From Candidatus Latescibacterota bacterium (GTDB lineage: Bacteria; Latescibacterota; UBA2968; UBA8231), in assembly GCA_965248355.1 (NCBI GenBank), contig OZ252098.1:3040001-3104000 (forward strand): a stretch of 64,000 nucleotides of DNA, written 5' to 3'. Both the position numbers and the translations under genes were made by a program. The notes under the pieces are model-generated. The model worked only from the letters and a program-made list of their open reading frames with translations, did not search any database and had not been told where the DNA came from. This document shows, piece by piece, positions 48,901 through 57,250 of the stretch (the first letter of the stretch is position 1; every line of letters begins with the position of its first letter).

Positions 48901-49170
48901 ATGGCGAGCATCACGATCCGCAATCTCGAGGACGACATAAAGACCCGGCTCCGCAAGCGGGCGGCTGAGCGTGGCCGGTCGATGGAAGAGGAAGCACGGC
49001 TGATCCTGGCCGCGGCGGTCGAGCGGGAGGCGGCGCCCGCGAAGGGCCTGGGAACGGCGCTCCACGAACTCTTCAAGCCCTTCGGGGGAGTGGAACTGGA
49101 ACTGCCGCCGCGCGAACCGATGCGCGAACCACCGCGCTTCGACCGGGGTGACGGCGATGGTCGTGCTTGA
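48901..49170 (+). CDS. FitA/VapB-like ribbon-helix-helix antitoxin
   Basis: MASITIRNLEDDIKTRLRKRAAERGRSMEEEARLIL; AGGAG RBS. Confidence 0.9.
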   Translation: MASITIRNLEDDIKTRLRKRAAERGRSMEEEARLILAAAVEREAAPAKGLGTALHELFKPFGGVELELPPREPMREPPRFDRGDGDGRA

Positions 49171-49576
49171 TACCAATGTCGTCTCCGAGTTGATGCAGAG
49201 CCAACCGAGTTCGAGGGTCCTGGCCTGGCTCGACGACCGGCCGACGCGGGAGCTCTTCGTGACGGCGCTGACCGAGGCGGAGGTCCGCACGGGCATCGCG
49301 TTTCTGCCCGAGGGGGCCCGCCGCCGGGGTCTTGCGGAGGCTGCCGAGCGTGCCTTCGGCGGGCTGTTCGCCGGTCGGGTCCTGCCGTTTGACAGTACCG
49401 CGGCTCGCGTCTACGCGGAGATCGCCGCGGCGCGGCGCGCGGCCGGGCGTCCACTCTGCCAGACCGACGGTCAGATCGCGGCCATCGCTCGCTCCCGAGG
49501 TATGACGGTGGCGACGCGGAACGTTCGGGGTTTCTCCGAGACGGGGATTGAGGTGATCGACCCCTCCGACGCCTGA
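49157..49576 (+). CDS. vapC: VapC/FitB PIN-domain toxin
   Basis: VLDTNVVSE, LPFD, DGQIAAIA, ATRNVRGF; overlaps the antitoxin end. Confidence 0.93.
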   Translation: MVVLDTNVVSELMQSQPSSRVLAWLDDRPTRELFVTALTEAEVRTGIAFLPEGARRRGLAEAAERAFGGLFAGRVLPFDSTAARVYAEIAAARRAAGRPLCQTDGQIAAIARSRGMTVATRNVRGFSETGIEVIDPSDA

Positions 49577-49598
49577 CCCGAGCGCGGCTCCAGGCCGC

Positions 49599-50156
49599 TC
49601 ATGGGCAGCCTTCCCACCGCTCCCATCCCCGGCCCTCGTGGATGCTCTCGAACTCACTGGGATGCAGGATCTCCGCGATGATCTCCGCCGACTCCACCAG
49701 GCGCGGCCCCGGGCGGTTGAAGTACTGGTTGCCGTCGGTGAGGAAGACCCGCCCCTGACGCACGGATGTCGTCCCAGAGATCCTCCAGGCGGTTGGGCTC
49801 CAGCGACAGGATCGCCGGCCGGGAGCGCACCAGTTGGCCGGCCGCCTCCTCGACCTCCTTCAGGCTGACGGCGCAGACCTCGCACTGCGACTGGGTCACC
49901 AGCCAGTCGGGCGCCAGCTCGTCGAGCAGGCCGGCGTCCACCCGGTAGACCGAGGCGGCCTCCTGCAGGATGGCCTTGACCCGCTGGTCGACCTCGTAGG
50001 AGGTGCCGTCCGGGTGAACCTGGGAGCCGTGCAGGCGGGCAGACCGTCGATCCCGGGCGGATGGTCGCACTCGTGGGACCGGCCGACCAGGAGGTCGCGG
50101 CAGCCGAGGGCGCAGATGATCTCGGTGCTGCTGGGCAGGAGGGAGACGACGCGCAT
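49599..50156 (-). pseudogene. Cobalamin-binding (BtuF-like) protein, frameshifted and internally deleted
   Basis: MRVVSLLPSSTEIICALG...VGRSHECDHP; shift near 50017; VTQSQCEVCAVS...[13 protein letters not shown] joined out of frame (about 49765) to the C-terminus [32 protein letters not shown]. Confidence 0.85.
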
Positions 50157-50176
50157 GGAGGACTCCGTCAGGTGGG

Positions 50177-51184
50177 TTACGGTGGATCGTGTCTCAGGCA
50201 GCCCACCAGTTCGTGGAGGGTGGAGCAGAGACGAGGACCCGCCGCGGTGTGGAGCCGCCAGGCCGGGCCGTCGTCGCCGCGGGGAACGATCTCGACGCGC
50301 GGAGGTGTCTGCCGCCCGGCGTCGACGCGGAAGCCGGCCCGTTCGAGGGCGCGCGCCGTCCACAGGGCCTGGAGTCCCTCGCCGGTAAGGCCGATCTCGC
50401 CCTCGGGCCTCCGCGCCAGGTGGAAGGACCCGGTGGCGGGGTCGAAGTCGCCGAAGGTGCGCTGGAAGGCCCCGTTCAGCACGAGGTCCTCCGGCGCCCC
50501 GGTCTGCAGGGGGCCCCCCGGCGGCAGCAGCCACAGGCGGTCGGCGCTGCGCAGGGCCAGGTCGAGGTCGTGGGTGGAGAGCAGCACGGCGCGGTCCCCC
50601 TCGCCGGCCAGGCGCCGCAACAACTGCACGATCTCCACCCGCCTCGGCAGATCGAGGAAGGCCGTGGGCTCGTCGAGGAGGAGCACCGCCGGCTCCTGGG
50701 CCAGGGCCCGGGCGATGGTCACCTTCTGGCGCTCGCCGTCGCTCAGCTCGCCAACGCTGCGCGCCGCCAGCTCCCGGGCCCCCACCGCCTCCATGGCCCA
50801 GCGCACGACCTCCTCGTCCGCCGGCGACAGGCGGCCGTCCCAGCCGGTGTACGGATAGCGGCCCAGCGCCGCCAGGGCGTAGGCCGAGAGGTTGCCCGTG
50901 TCCACGCGCTCGGTCAGGACCAGGCCCAGGTGGCGGGCCCGCTCGCCCTCGCCGAAGGTGTGCAGGTCGCGCCCCTTGAGCAGCACCTGTCCGGCGAGCG
51001 GCTTCTGCAGGCCGGCCAGGGTGCGCACGAGGGTGGACTTGCCGGCCCCGTTGGGTCCCAGCAGGCAGACCAATTCTCCGGCGAGCAGCTCCACGCCGAG
51101 GTCGGCGGCCACCTCGACCCGGGGGCGCCGCCGGGGCGCGTAGCCGATGCCCAGGCCGCGGGCCTGCAGGATGGCGGCGCTCAC
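50177..51184 (-). CDS. Cobalamin/Fe-siderophore ABC transporter ATPase (BtuD-like)
   Basis: GPNGAGKST, LSDGERQK, LLLDEPTAFLD, STHD. Confidence 0.92.
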   Translation of the reverse strand: MSAAILQARGLGIGYAPRRRPRVEVAADLGVELLAGELVCLLGPNGAGKSTLVRTLAGLQKPLAGQVLLKGRDLHTFGEGERARHLGLVLTERVDTGNLSAYALAALGRYPYTGWDGRLSPADEEVVRWAMEAVGARELAARSVGELSDGERQKVTIARALAQEPAVLLLDEPTAFLDLPRRVEIVQLLRRLAGEGDRAVLLSTHDLDLALRSADRLWLLPPGGPLQTGAPEDLVLNGAFQRTFGDFDPATGSFHLARRPEGEIGLTGEGLQALWTARALERAGFRVDAGRQTPPRVEIVPRGDDGPAWRLHTAAGPRLCSTLHELVGCLRHDPP

Positions 51185-51188
51185 GGGC

Positions 51189-52277
51189 TCAGGCGGCGAA
51201 GGCCTGCCGCAGGTTGCGGCGCCGCAGGATGATCCAGGTGACCACCGGCGCGCCGATGAGGGCGGTCACGGCGTTGAGGGGCAGGGTGGCCTCGCTGCCG
51301 GGCAGGCGCGCCGCCAGGTCCGCGCTCAGGGCCAGCATGGCGCCCAGGAGCAGGGTGGCCGGCAGCAGCACGCGGTGGTCGGAGGTGTTGAAGAGGGCGC
51401 GGCACAGGTGCGGCACGGCCACCCCCAGGAAGCCGATGGGTCCGCAGTAGGCGGTGACCGCTCCGGCCAGCAGCGCGGCGCTGGCGATGATCCACAGCCG
51501 CGCCCGCCGGGCGTCCAGGCCCATGCTGCGGGCATAGGTCTCGCCGAGGAGCAGGGCGTTGAGCGGCTTCACCAGCAGGCCGGCGATCCCCAGGCCGGCG
51601 AGCACCACCGGCGCCAGAATGGCGAGCTGGCCCCAGGTGACGGCGCCGAAGCTGCCGAAGGTCCACAGCACGTAGGTCTGCACCTGCTCGGGGATGCTGA
51701 AGTAGAGGAGGACGCTCACCAGGGCGCCCGTCAGGTAGCCGAACATGAGGCCGAGGATGAGCAGGGTCATGGCGTTCTGCAGGCGCCGCCCCACCAGCAG
51801 CACCAGGCCCAGGACCAGGCCCGCCCCGGCCACGGCCGCGGCCACCACCCCCGCCTGGCCCAGGAGCCCCAGTCCGGCCAGCAGCCCGCCGCCGGTGACC
51901 CCCGTGCCCAGGACCACCAGGGCCACCCCCAGACTGGCCCCGGCGCTGATGCCGAGGATGAAGGGGTCGGCCAGGGGATTGCGGAACAGGGTCTGCATCT
52001 GCAGGCCGCTGGCGCTCAGGGCGGCGCCGGCCAGGACCGCGGTGAGGGCCCGGGGCAGGCGGATGGCGTGGACGATGTGGCTCCAGCTCGCCTTCTGGCC
52101 GGCCTCGTCCCAGAGGATGGCGGCCACCGCGTCGAGGGGGATGGAGACCGACCCGAAGCCGAGGCTGAGGGCGAAGAGGCCGGCCAGGGCGGCGGCGAGG
52201 GCCGCGAACAGCCCGCGGCGGGGACCCAGGCGGGGCCAGGGGGGGCTGTCGGCCGCGGCGGCGGAAGAGGCGGGCAC
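51189..52277 (-). CDS. Cobalamin/Fe-siderophore ABC transporter permease (BtuC/FecCD)
   Basis: IRLPRA, QTLFRNPLADPFILGISAGA, LGETYARSMG, GPIGFLGVAVPH. Confidence 0.93.
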   Translation of the reverse strand: MPASSAAAADSPPWPRLGPRRGLFAALAAALAGLFALSLGFGSVSIPLDAVAAILWDEAGQKASWSHIVHAIRLPRALTAVLAGAALSASGLQMQTLFRNPLADPFILGISAGASLGVALVVLGTGVTGGGLLAGLGLLGQAGVVAAAVAGAGLVLGLVLLVGRRLQNAMTLLILGLMFGYLTGALVSVLLYFSIPEQVQTYVLWTFGSFGAVTWGQLAILAPVVLAGLGIAGLLVKPLNALLLGETYARSMGLDARRARLWIIASAALLAGAVTAYCGPIGFLGVAVPHLCRALFNTSDHRVLLPATLLLGAMLALSADLAARLPGSEATLPLNAVTALIGAPVVTWIILRRRNLRQAFAA

Positions 52278-52281
52278 GGGT
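52231..52281. repeat. Imperfect direct repeat copy A (5' end of the permease gene)
   Basis: 44 of 51 positions match 53979-54028 by manual alignment. Confidence 0.8.
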
Positions 52282-52434
52282 CGGTTCAGAGCCGTTCCGA
52301 CGGCCGGATCTCTAGTGGCAATTGAACGTCCACGTCCTCTTGTAACCCCTTGTACACGACGATAACCGTTTTATTGATAATGGAATGTCCACGGCGTATT
52401 CTAATCCCGTTTCCACGAACATAAGCGTTTTCGG

Positions 52435-53949
52435 ATGGAGATTCCCGTGGGTAAGAGAAAATGGAACCCCATCGGCCAGGCCTGGCTGAGGAGCGAGCTG
52501 AACCTGGCAGTTCCCGCGCCGGCGGTAGAGAGCTACGTCGGAGCAGGCGCGCGGCAAACCGAGGTGCACGGCTCGCGAATCGTGGAGCGGTATCCGCGAC
52601 AGTACGCCGCGGACGGTTCCATCGCGGCCCATCTCCGTTTCGCCCTGCGCCATGAGCCGGTCGATCTCGGCGTGCTGGTCGCCGCCCTCCAGGCCGTCGA
52701 GCCGGCCGAGCTGGAGGCCTGGGCAAGGAGGGAACCCACGGGCGCTTTCAGCCGGCGCGCCTGGTTCTTCTATGAGACCTTCACCGGCCGGACTCTGGAC
52801 CTGGAGGACGTCCGCGCCGGCAACTACGTCATGGCCCTCGATCCCGGCAGGCATATCGTCGCCGTACGCCGCAATTCCCCGCGCCACCGCGTGGCCGACA
52901 ACCTTCTCGGCGGTCCCGGTCTCTGCCCCACGGTCCGCCGCACGCCGAGGCTGACGGAGCAGATCGGCATGCAGGTGGGCCGGGAGGGGCGCGCGCTCAT
53001 CGAAAGCTGCGACCCGGTCATCCTTGCCCGGGCCGTCAACCACCTCTACACCAAGGAGACGCGCTCCTCGTTCGCCATCGAAGGAGAAACCCCGGGCGCC
53101 CGGCGCACCGAGCGCTTCGTCGCCGCGCTCAAGGGAGCGCCGGACTTCGATCTGGCCGACGTGGCCGCCCTGGTTCGCCTGCAGGGGGAGATCGTCGACC
53201 CCCGGTACGCGGCCAGCGGCTGGCGCGGTTTCCAGAACTTCGTCGGCTCGACCTCGGGGGAGTACCGCGAGGAGGTGCACTTCATCTGCCCGCGCCCCGA
53301 AGACGTGGCCGACCTCATGCAGGCCTGGACGAGATTGACCCGGCGCGTTGTCGAGGGGGGGGTCGATCCCATGGTGGCGGCCGCGGCCTGCGCCTTCGCC
53401 TTCGTCTTCATCCACCCCTTCGAGGACGGGAACGGCCGCATCCACCGCTTCCTGGTACATCACGTTCTCGCCAGGCGGGGGTACAGTCCGCCCGGGGTCA
53501 TCTTTCCCGTCTCCGCGGCCATTCTCCGCGATCAGCGCAGCTACGAAGAGGTGCTCGAAACCTTCTCGCGGCCGATCCTCGAATTCATCCAGTGGGACTG
53601 GACGGCAGGGCGGGAGATCGCCGTCGGCAACGAAACTGCAGATCTCTACCGCTATTTCGACGCCACCGCCTTCGCGGAGTACCTGTACGACCGCGTGGCC
53701 GACACGGTCCGCCGCGATCTCAAGGAGGAGCTTGGATTCATTGCCGTCTTCGACCGCGCGTTCGAAGCAGTGCGCGGGATCGTCGACATGCCGGACCGCC
53801 GGGCTTCCCTGTTCGTGCGCCTCTGCATGCAGAACGAAGGCCGGCTTTCGGCGGCGAAACGGCAGCGGTTCCCCGAGCTGGACGACGCGGAACTCGCCGC
53901 CATGGAAGCGGCGGTCCGGGATGCGACGGAAGAGGGGACCGGACGCTGA
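52435..53949 (+). CDS. Fic family protein (class II-like)
   Basis: Canonical HPFEDGNGRIHR motif; upstream inhibitory SFAIEG (SxxxEG) motif; the real start may be GTG 52447 after GGAG. Confidence 0.93.
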   Translation: MEIPVGKRKWNPIGQAWLRSELNLAVPAPAVESYVGAGARQTEVHGSRIVERYPRQYAADGSIAAHLRFALRHEPVDLGVLVAALQAVEPAELEAWARREPTGAFSRRAWFFYETFTGRTLDLEDVRAGNYVMALDPGRHIVAVRRNSPRHRVADNLLGGPGLCPTVRRTPRLTEQIGMQVGREGRALIESCDPVILARAVNHLYTKETRSSFAIEGETPGARRTERFVAALKGAPDFDLADVAALVRLQGEIVDPRYAASGWRGFQNFVGSTSGEYREEVHFICPRPEDVADLMQAWTRLTRRVVEGGVDPMVAAAACAFAFVFIHPFEDGNGRIHRFLVHHVLARRGYSPPGVIFPVSAAILRDQRSYEEVLETFSRPILEFIQWDWTAGREIAVGNETADLYRYFDATAFAEYLYDRVADTVRRDLKEELGFIAVFDRAFEAVRGIVDMPDRRASLFVRLCMQNEGRLSAAKRQRFPELDDAELAAMEAAVRDATEEGTGR

Positions 53950-53978
53950 GGGGGCGGAGGCGCCGACGCGGAACCGGC

Positions 53979-54028
53979 CGGGGCCATGGGGAGCGTCGGC
54001 CGCGGCGGCCGACGAGACGGGCGCGGGT
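53979..54028. repeat. Imperfect direct repeat copy B (abandoned permease start coupled to the binding-protein stop)
   Basis: Minus strand: GTGA overlap with the 54030 stop, then IPAPVSSAAAAD versus VPASSAAAAD at the present permease start. Confidence 0.8.
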
Positions 54029-54029
54029 A

Positions 54030-55202
54030 TCACTCCAGCCTCCGGTAGAAGTGGAGGGCGTGTCCCGGCAGGCGGTCGGGGTGGAGGATGCGGATGAAGT
54101 CGGCGAGCACGAGGTGGGGCTCGGCGACGCCCCGCTCCCAGTAGTCGTTGCCGCCGTGCTCGTTGAGCCGGGCATTGGCGTTGTAGACCCGGCCCTCGGC
54201 GAAGGCGGCGAAGGCGGCGAAGGCGGCGTAGCGCTCGTCGGCGGCGCGCACGTCGGCCAGGGAGTGCCACTCGTTGCGCATGGTCAGCCAGAAATCGGCG
54301 CCGTGGGCCCTCTCGTACACGGCCTCGAAGTCGAGGGGCAGGCTCTCCCGGGACTCGTCGCCGGCCCACAGGTAGCGGCCGCCGGCGTCGGCGATGAGCT
54401 GCGCCGCATAGCTGCGACCGCCGGCCACGTGCCAGGTGTCGCGCCAGAGGGACCCGCCGAAGACCGAGGGCCGCTCGTCGGCGGGCACGTCCCTCACCAG
54501 GGCCGCGTACCGCTGGTATTCCTCCTCGATCTCGTCGAAGCGCTCCTCCGCCAGACCCTCGGCGTTGAAGAAGGCCGCCGTGAACTTGAGCCACTCGCTG
54601 CGGCCCAGGAGCGAGGGCTCGGTGTACTCGGCGTTGATGGCCACGGCCACCCCGGCCTGCCGCAGGACCGGGTGGGCGTTGTAGCGGCTCTGGGCCGAGG
54701 CCACGGTCATGACCAGGTCGGTCTCCAGCTCCAGGACCCGCTCGAGATCGACCCCGGCGCCGTGGCCGATCTCGGCGATGCGGCCGGCCTCGAAGCGCTC
54801 GTTGACGCCGGGCGAATGGACCATCGCGATGTCGCTGACCGCCGCCAGGCTCTCGAGGGCATCCAGCAATGCGAGGTGGGGCAGCTGCGTCGTGGACAGG
54901 GCCGCGAGGCGGCGGACGGGAATGGTGATGCGCTGGACGCCGTCGTACCCGTCGGGCGCGGGGGTGCCGCACTGGACCAGCAGGTAGCGCACGCCCTCCT
55001 CGGCCCCGGGCCACGGGGTATGCACGGTGACCACTTTGTAGTGGCCGAAGTACTCGATGGAAAAGCTCTCTGCGTACCTCAGCCGGGCCTTGCGGGGGAA
55101 GTAGTCCGCTCCCGGGTCGTAGTCGTCGACGCAGTCCGCCCAGTACCCCGCCGGCGCGCCGAGGATCAGCCAGGCGACGATACACACGCTACCTCGCATC
55201 AA
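54030..55202 (-). CDS. ABC transporter substrate-binding protein (BtuF/Fe-B12 type)
   Basis: Signal peptide; LVQCGTP, EYTEPSLLGRSEWLKF, LDFEAV, GGNDYWERG..EPHLVLAD; contains a 9-bp in-frame tandem repeat (AAFAAFAAF, about 54198-54228). Confidence 0.9.
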   Translation of the reverse strand: MMRGSVCIVAWLILGAPAGYWADCVDDYDPGADYFPRKARLRYAESFSIEYFGHYKVVTVHTPWPGAEEGVRYLLVQCGTPAPDGYDGVQRITIPVRRLAALSTTQLPHLALLDALESLAAVSDIAMVHSPGVNERFEAGRIAEIGHGAGVDLERVLELETDLVMTVASAQSRYNAHPVLRQAGVAVAINAEYTEPSLLGRSEWLKFTAAFFNAEGLAEERFDEIEEEYQRYAALVRDVPADERPSVFGGSLWRDTWHVAGGRSYAAQLIADAGGRYLWAGDESRESLPLDFEAVYERAHGADFWLTMRNEWHSLADVRAADERYAAFAAFAAFAEGRVYNANARLNEHGGNDYWERGVAEPHLVLADFIRILHPDRLPGHALHFYRRLE

Positions 55203-55225
55203 GGTCTCCCCATGAGACGAGCCAC

Positions 55226-55792
55226 CTAGTCATTGGCCGCACCCAGTCCGGGCTCCCACAACACGTCCGCCTCGCCGCCGTCGTTGGCGGCCCGGGCCAT
55301 GGCGAAGAGCAGGTCGGAGAGCCGGTTGAGATACTGCGGGACCGGCTCGCCCACCGGCTCCTGCTCCGCCAGCTGCCAGACGGCCCGCTCGGCGCGCCGG
55401 CAGACCGTGCGCGCCAGGTGGAGCCAGGCGGCGGGGGGCCGGCCCCCGGGCAGGACGAAGCTGCGCAGGGGAGCCAGCTCTCGCGTGAGCTGGTCGATCC
55501 GCTCCTCCAGGTAGAGGACCTGCTTCGGCTGCAGGCGCAGGCGCTCCTCCTCGCCATCGGCCCGGGGCACGCACAGATCGGCCCCCACGTCGAAGAGGTC
55601 GTTCTGCACCCGGGCGAGGACGTCGTCGAGACCGGCGCCGCCGGCGCGGGCCAGCCCGATCACCGAGTTCAGCTCATCCACACACCCGTAGGCGGCGATG
55701 CGGGCGCTGGTCTTGGGCACCTGCGACATGTCGCCGAGCCGCGTCAGGCCGCCGTCGCCCGTCTTGGTGTAGAGCCTGGATAGAGTCACCAT
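55226..55792 (-). CDS. pduO: ATP:cob(I)alamin adenosyltransferase, PduO type
   Basis: LYTKTGDGG, AYGCVDELNS, QNDLFDVGADL, FVLPGG, ARTVCRRAER, YLNRLSDLLF. Confidence 0.95.
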   Translation of the reverse strand: MVTLSRLYTKTGDGGLTRLGDMSQVPKTSARIAAYGCVDELNSVIGLARAGGAGLDDVLARVQNDLFDVGADLCVPRADGEEERLRLQPKQVLYLEERIDQLTRELAPLRSFVLPGGRPPAAWLHLARTVCRRAERAVWQLAEQEPVGEPVPQYLNRLSDLLFAMARAANDGGEADVLWEPGLGAAND

Positions 55793-55816
55793 GGCTGTCT
55801 TCCTCTCTCCTCTCTC

Positions 55817-57238
55817 CTACTTGACCAGCATCACCTTGCCCGCCGCCCGTTGCCCGTCCGCCCGCAGATCCACCAGGTAGGCGCCGCTGCCCACCGGCTC
55901 TCCCCCGTCGTCTCGGCCGTCCCAGTGTAGGACATGCCGCCCCGCCGCCACTGGGCCGGAGGTCAGGGTGCGGACGGTGCGGCCCAGAAGGTCGAGGACG
56001 GTCAGCTCGACCGGGGTGTTGGCCCGGCCGAGGGCAAAGGGGATGTGCACCGAGGCGTTGAAGGGATTGGGCCAGGCCGCCTCGAGGGCGAACTCTTTCG
56101 GCAAGCCCGTGTCGGAGATCCCCTCCACGGCGGTGGGGACGGCGGCGTCGCCGAGGACGACGATGTGCGAGGGCGGCAGGCCGGTGCCGATGGGGCCGCC
56201 CAGGAAGGCGCCCGTGGCCGCGTCGTAGAGCTTGAGGCCCGCCGCGTCCGGGTCGTCCCAGCTGCCGCGGTCGGCGACGATGAGTCGGTCGCCGTCAACG
56301 GCCAGGCTGGGGATGAAGCCGCCGCTGGTTTCCTCCAGGGGCGGGCCCACGGCGCCGCTGGACAGATCGAAGGGCCGCACGCTGTTGACGAAGTTCTCGT
56401 CCGCCACCACCGCATAGCCCCGGTTCCCGTCGACGAGGATCATGGTGGTGATGTCGCCGCCCAGGTCCTGCTCGCTCACGGCCACTCCCAGACTGCGGTT
56501 CGTTGCCGTATCGACGATCTCCACCCCTCCGGCTCGATCTCCGAAGTTGACCACCACCCCCACGGCGATGCGCTCGCCGGCGACGGCCAGGCTGTTGGGG
56601 TTGGCCGCGCCCAGGGCGATGCCCTGCACGCCCTCGGTCTCCGGGTCCACGTCCACGAGGGTGTCCGTGCCGAGATCGACGACGATCAGGTAGCTGACGT
56701 CGGCCGGTCCCCACCCCCCGTCGCGGTCGAGGCGCTGGCAGGTCAGGTAGAGGCGTTCACCCACACGGACGATCTGGGACACCTCGGCAAGGCCGTCGTC
56801 GTCGGCAAAGGCGCCCAGGTCGATCTCCCCCAGCTCGGCGCCGTCCCGGGGATCGACGATCAGCAGGGACGCGACGTCGTAGCGAGTCACGTACGCCTTG
56901 TCGGGTGCGACGACCTCGATGTCGTGGGGATTGGCGCCGTTGCCCACCGAGAACTGGACCAGGGGCGTGCGCAGATCGGTCTCGTCCAGCACCAGGATAT
57001 TGTCCTGCCCGAGGCGGTTGACGATGTAGACGCGGCCGTCGTGGTAGTGCCCCACGGCGTCGGAGTGGATGCCCAGCAGGTTGACCTCGGCCTCGGCGGC
57101 GCCAGCGGCCAGGTAGGCGGTGCTGCCGGTGGAGAAGTCCGTGGTGAGGACGAAGAGGCCGCTACGCGCCCAGGACGGGTTCGCCGGCAGCAGGAGTGCG
57201 GCGGCGGCCACAACGCAAAGGCGGTGAGCACGGTACAA
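55817..57238 (-). CDS. Secreted YncE/BtuG-like beta-propeller with PNPFN tail
   Basis: Signal peptide; RVYIVNRLGQDN, NPHDI...KAYVTRY, NPNSL repeats; AWPNPFN...DLLGRTVRTL...WDGRD...SGAYL. Confidence 0.75.
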   Translation of the reverse strand: MYRAHRLCVVAAAALLLPANPSWARSGLFVLTTDFSTGSTAYLAAGAAEAEVNLLGIHSDAVGHYHDGRVYIVNRLGQDNILVLDETDLRTPLVQFSVGNGANPHDIEVVAPDKAYVTRYDVASLLIVDPRDGAELGEIDLGAFADDDGLAEVSQIVRVGERLYLTCQRLDRDGGWGPADVSYLIVVDLGTDTLVDVDPETEGVQGIALGAANPNSLAVAGERIAVGVVVNFGDRAGGVEIVDTATNRSLGVAVSEQDLGGDITTMILVDGNRGYAVVADENFVNSVRPFDLSSGAVGPPLEETSGGFIPSLAVDGDRLIVADRGSWDDPDAAGLKLYDAATGAFLGGPIGTGLPPSHIVVLGDAAVPTAVEGISDTGLPKEFALEAAWPNPFNASVHIPFALGRANTPVELTVLDLLGRTVRTLTSGPVAAGRHVLHWDGRDDGGEPVGSGAYLVDLRADGQRAAGKVMLVK

Positions 57239-57250
57239 GTAGATCTCCTC

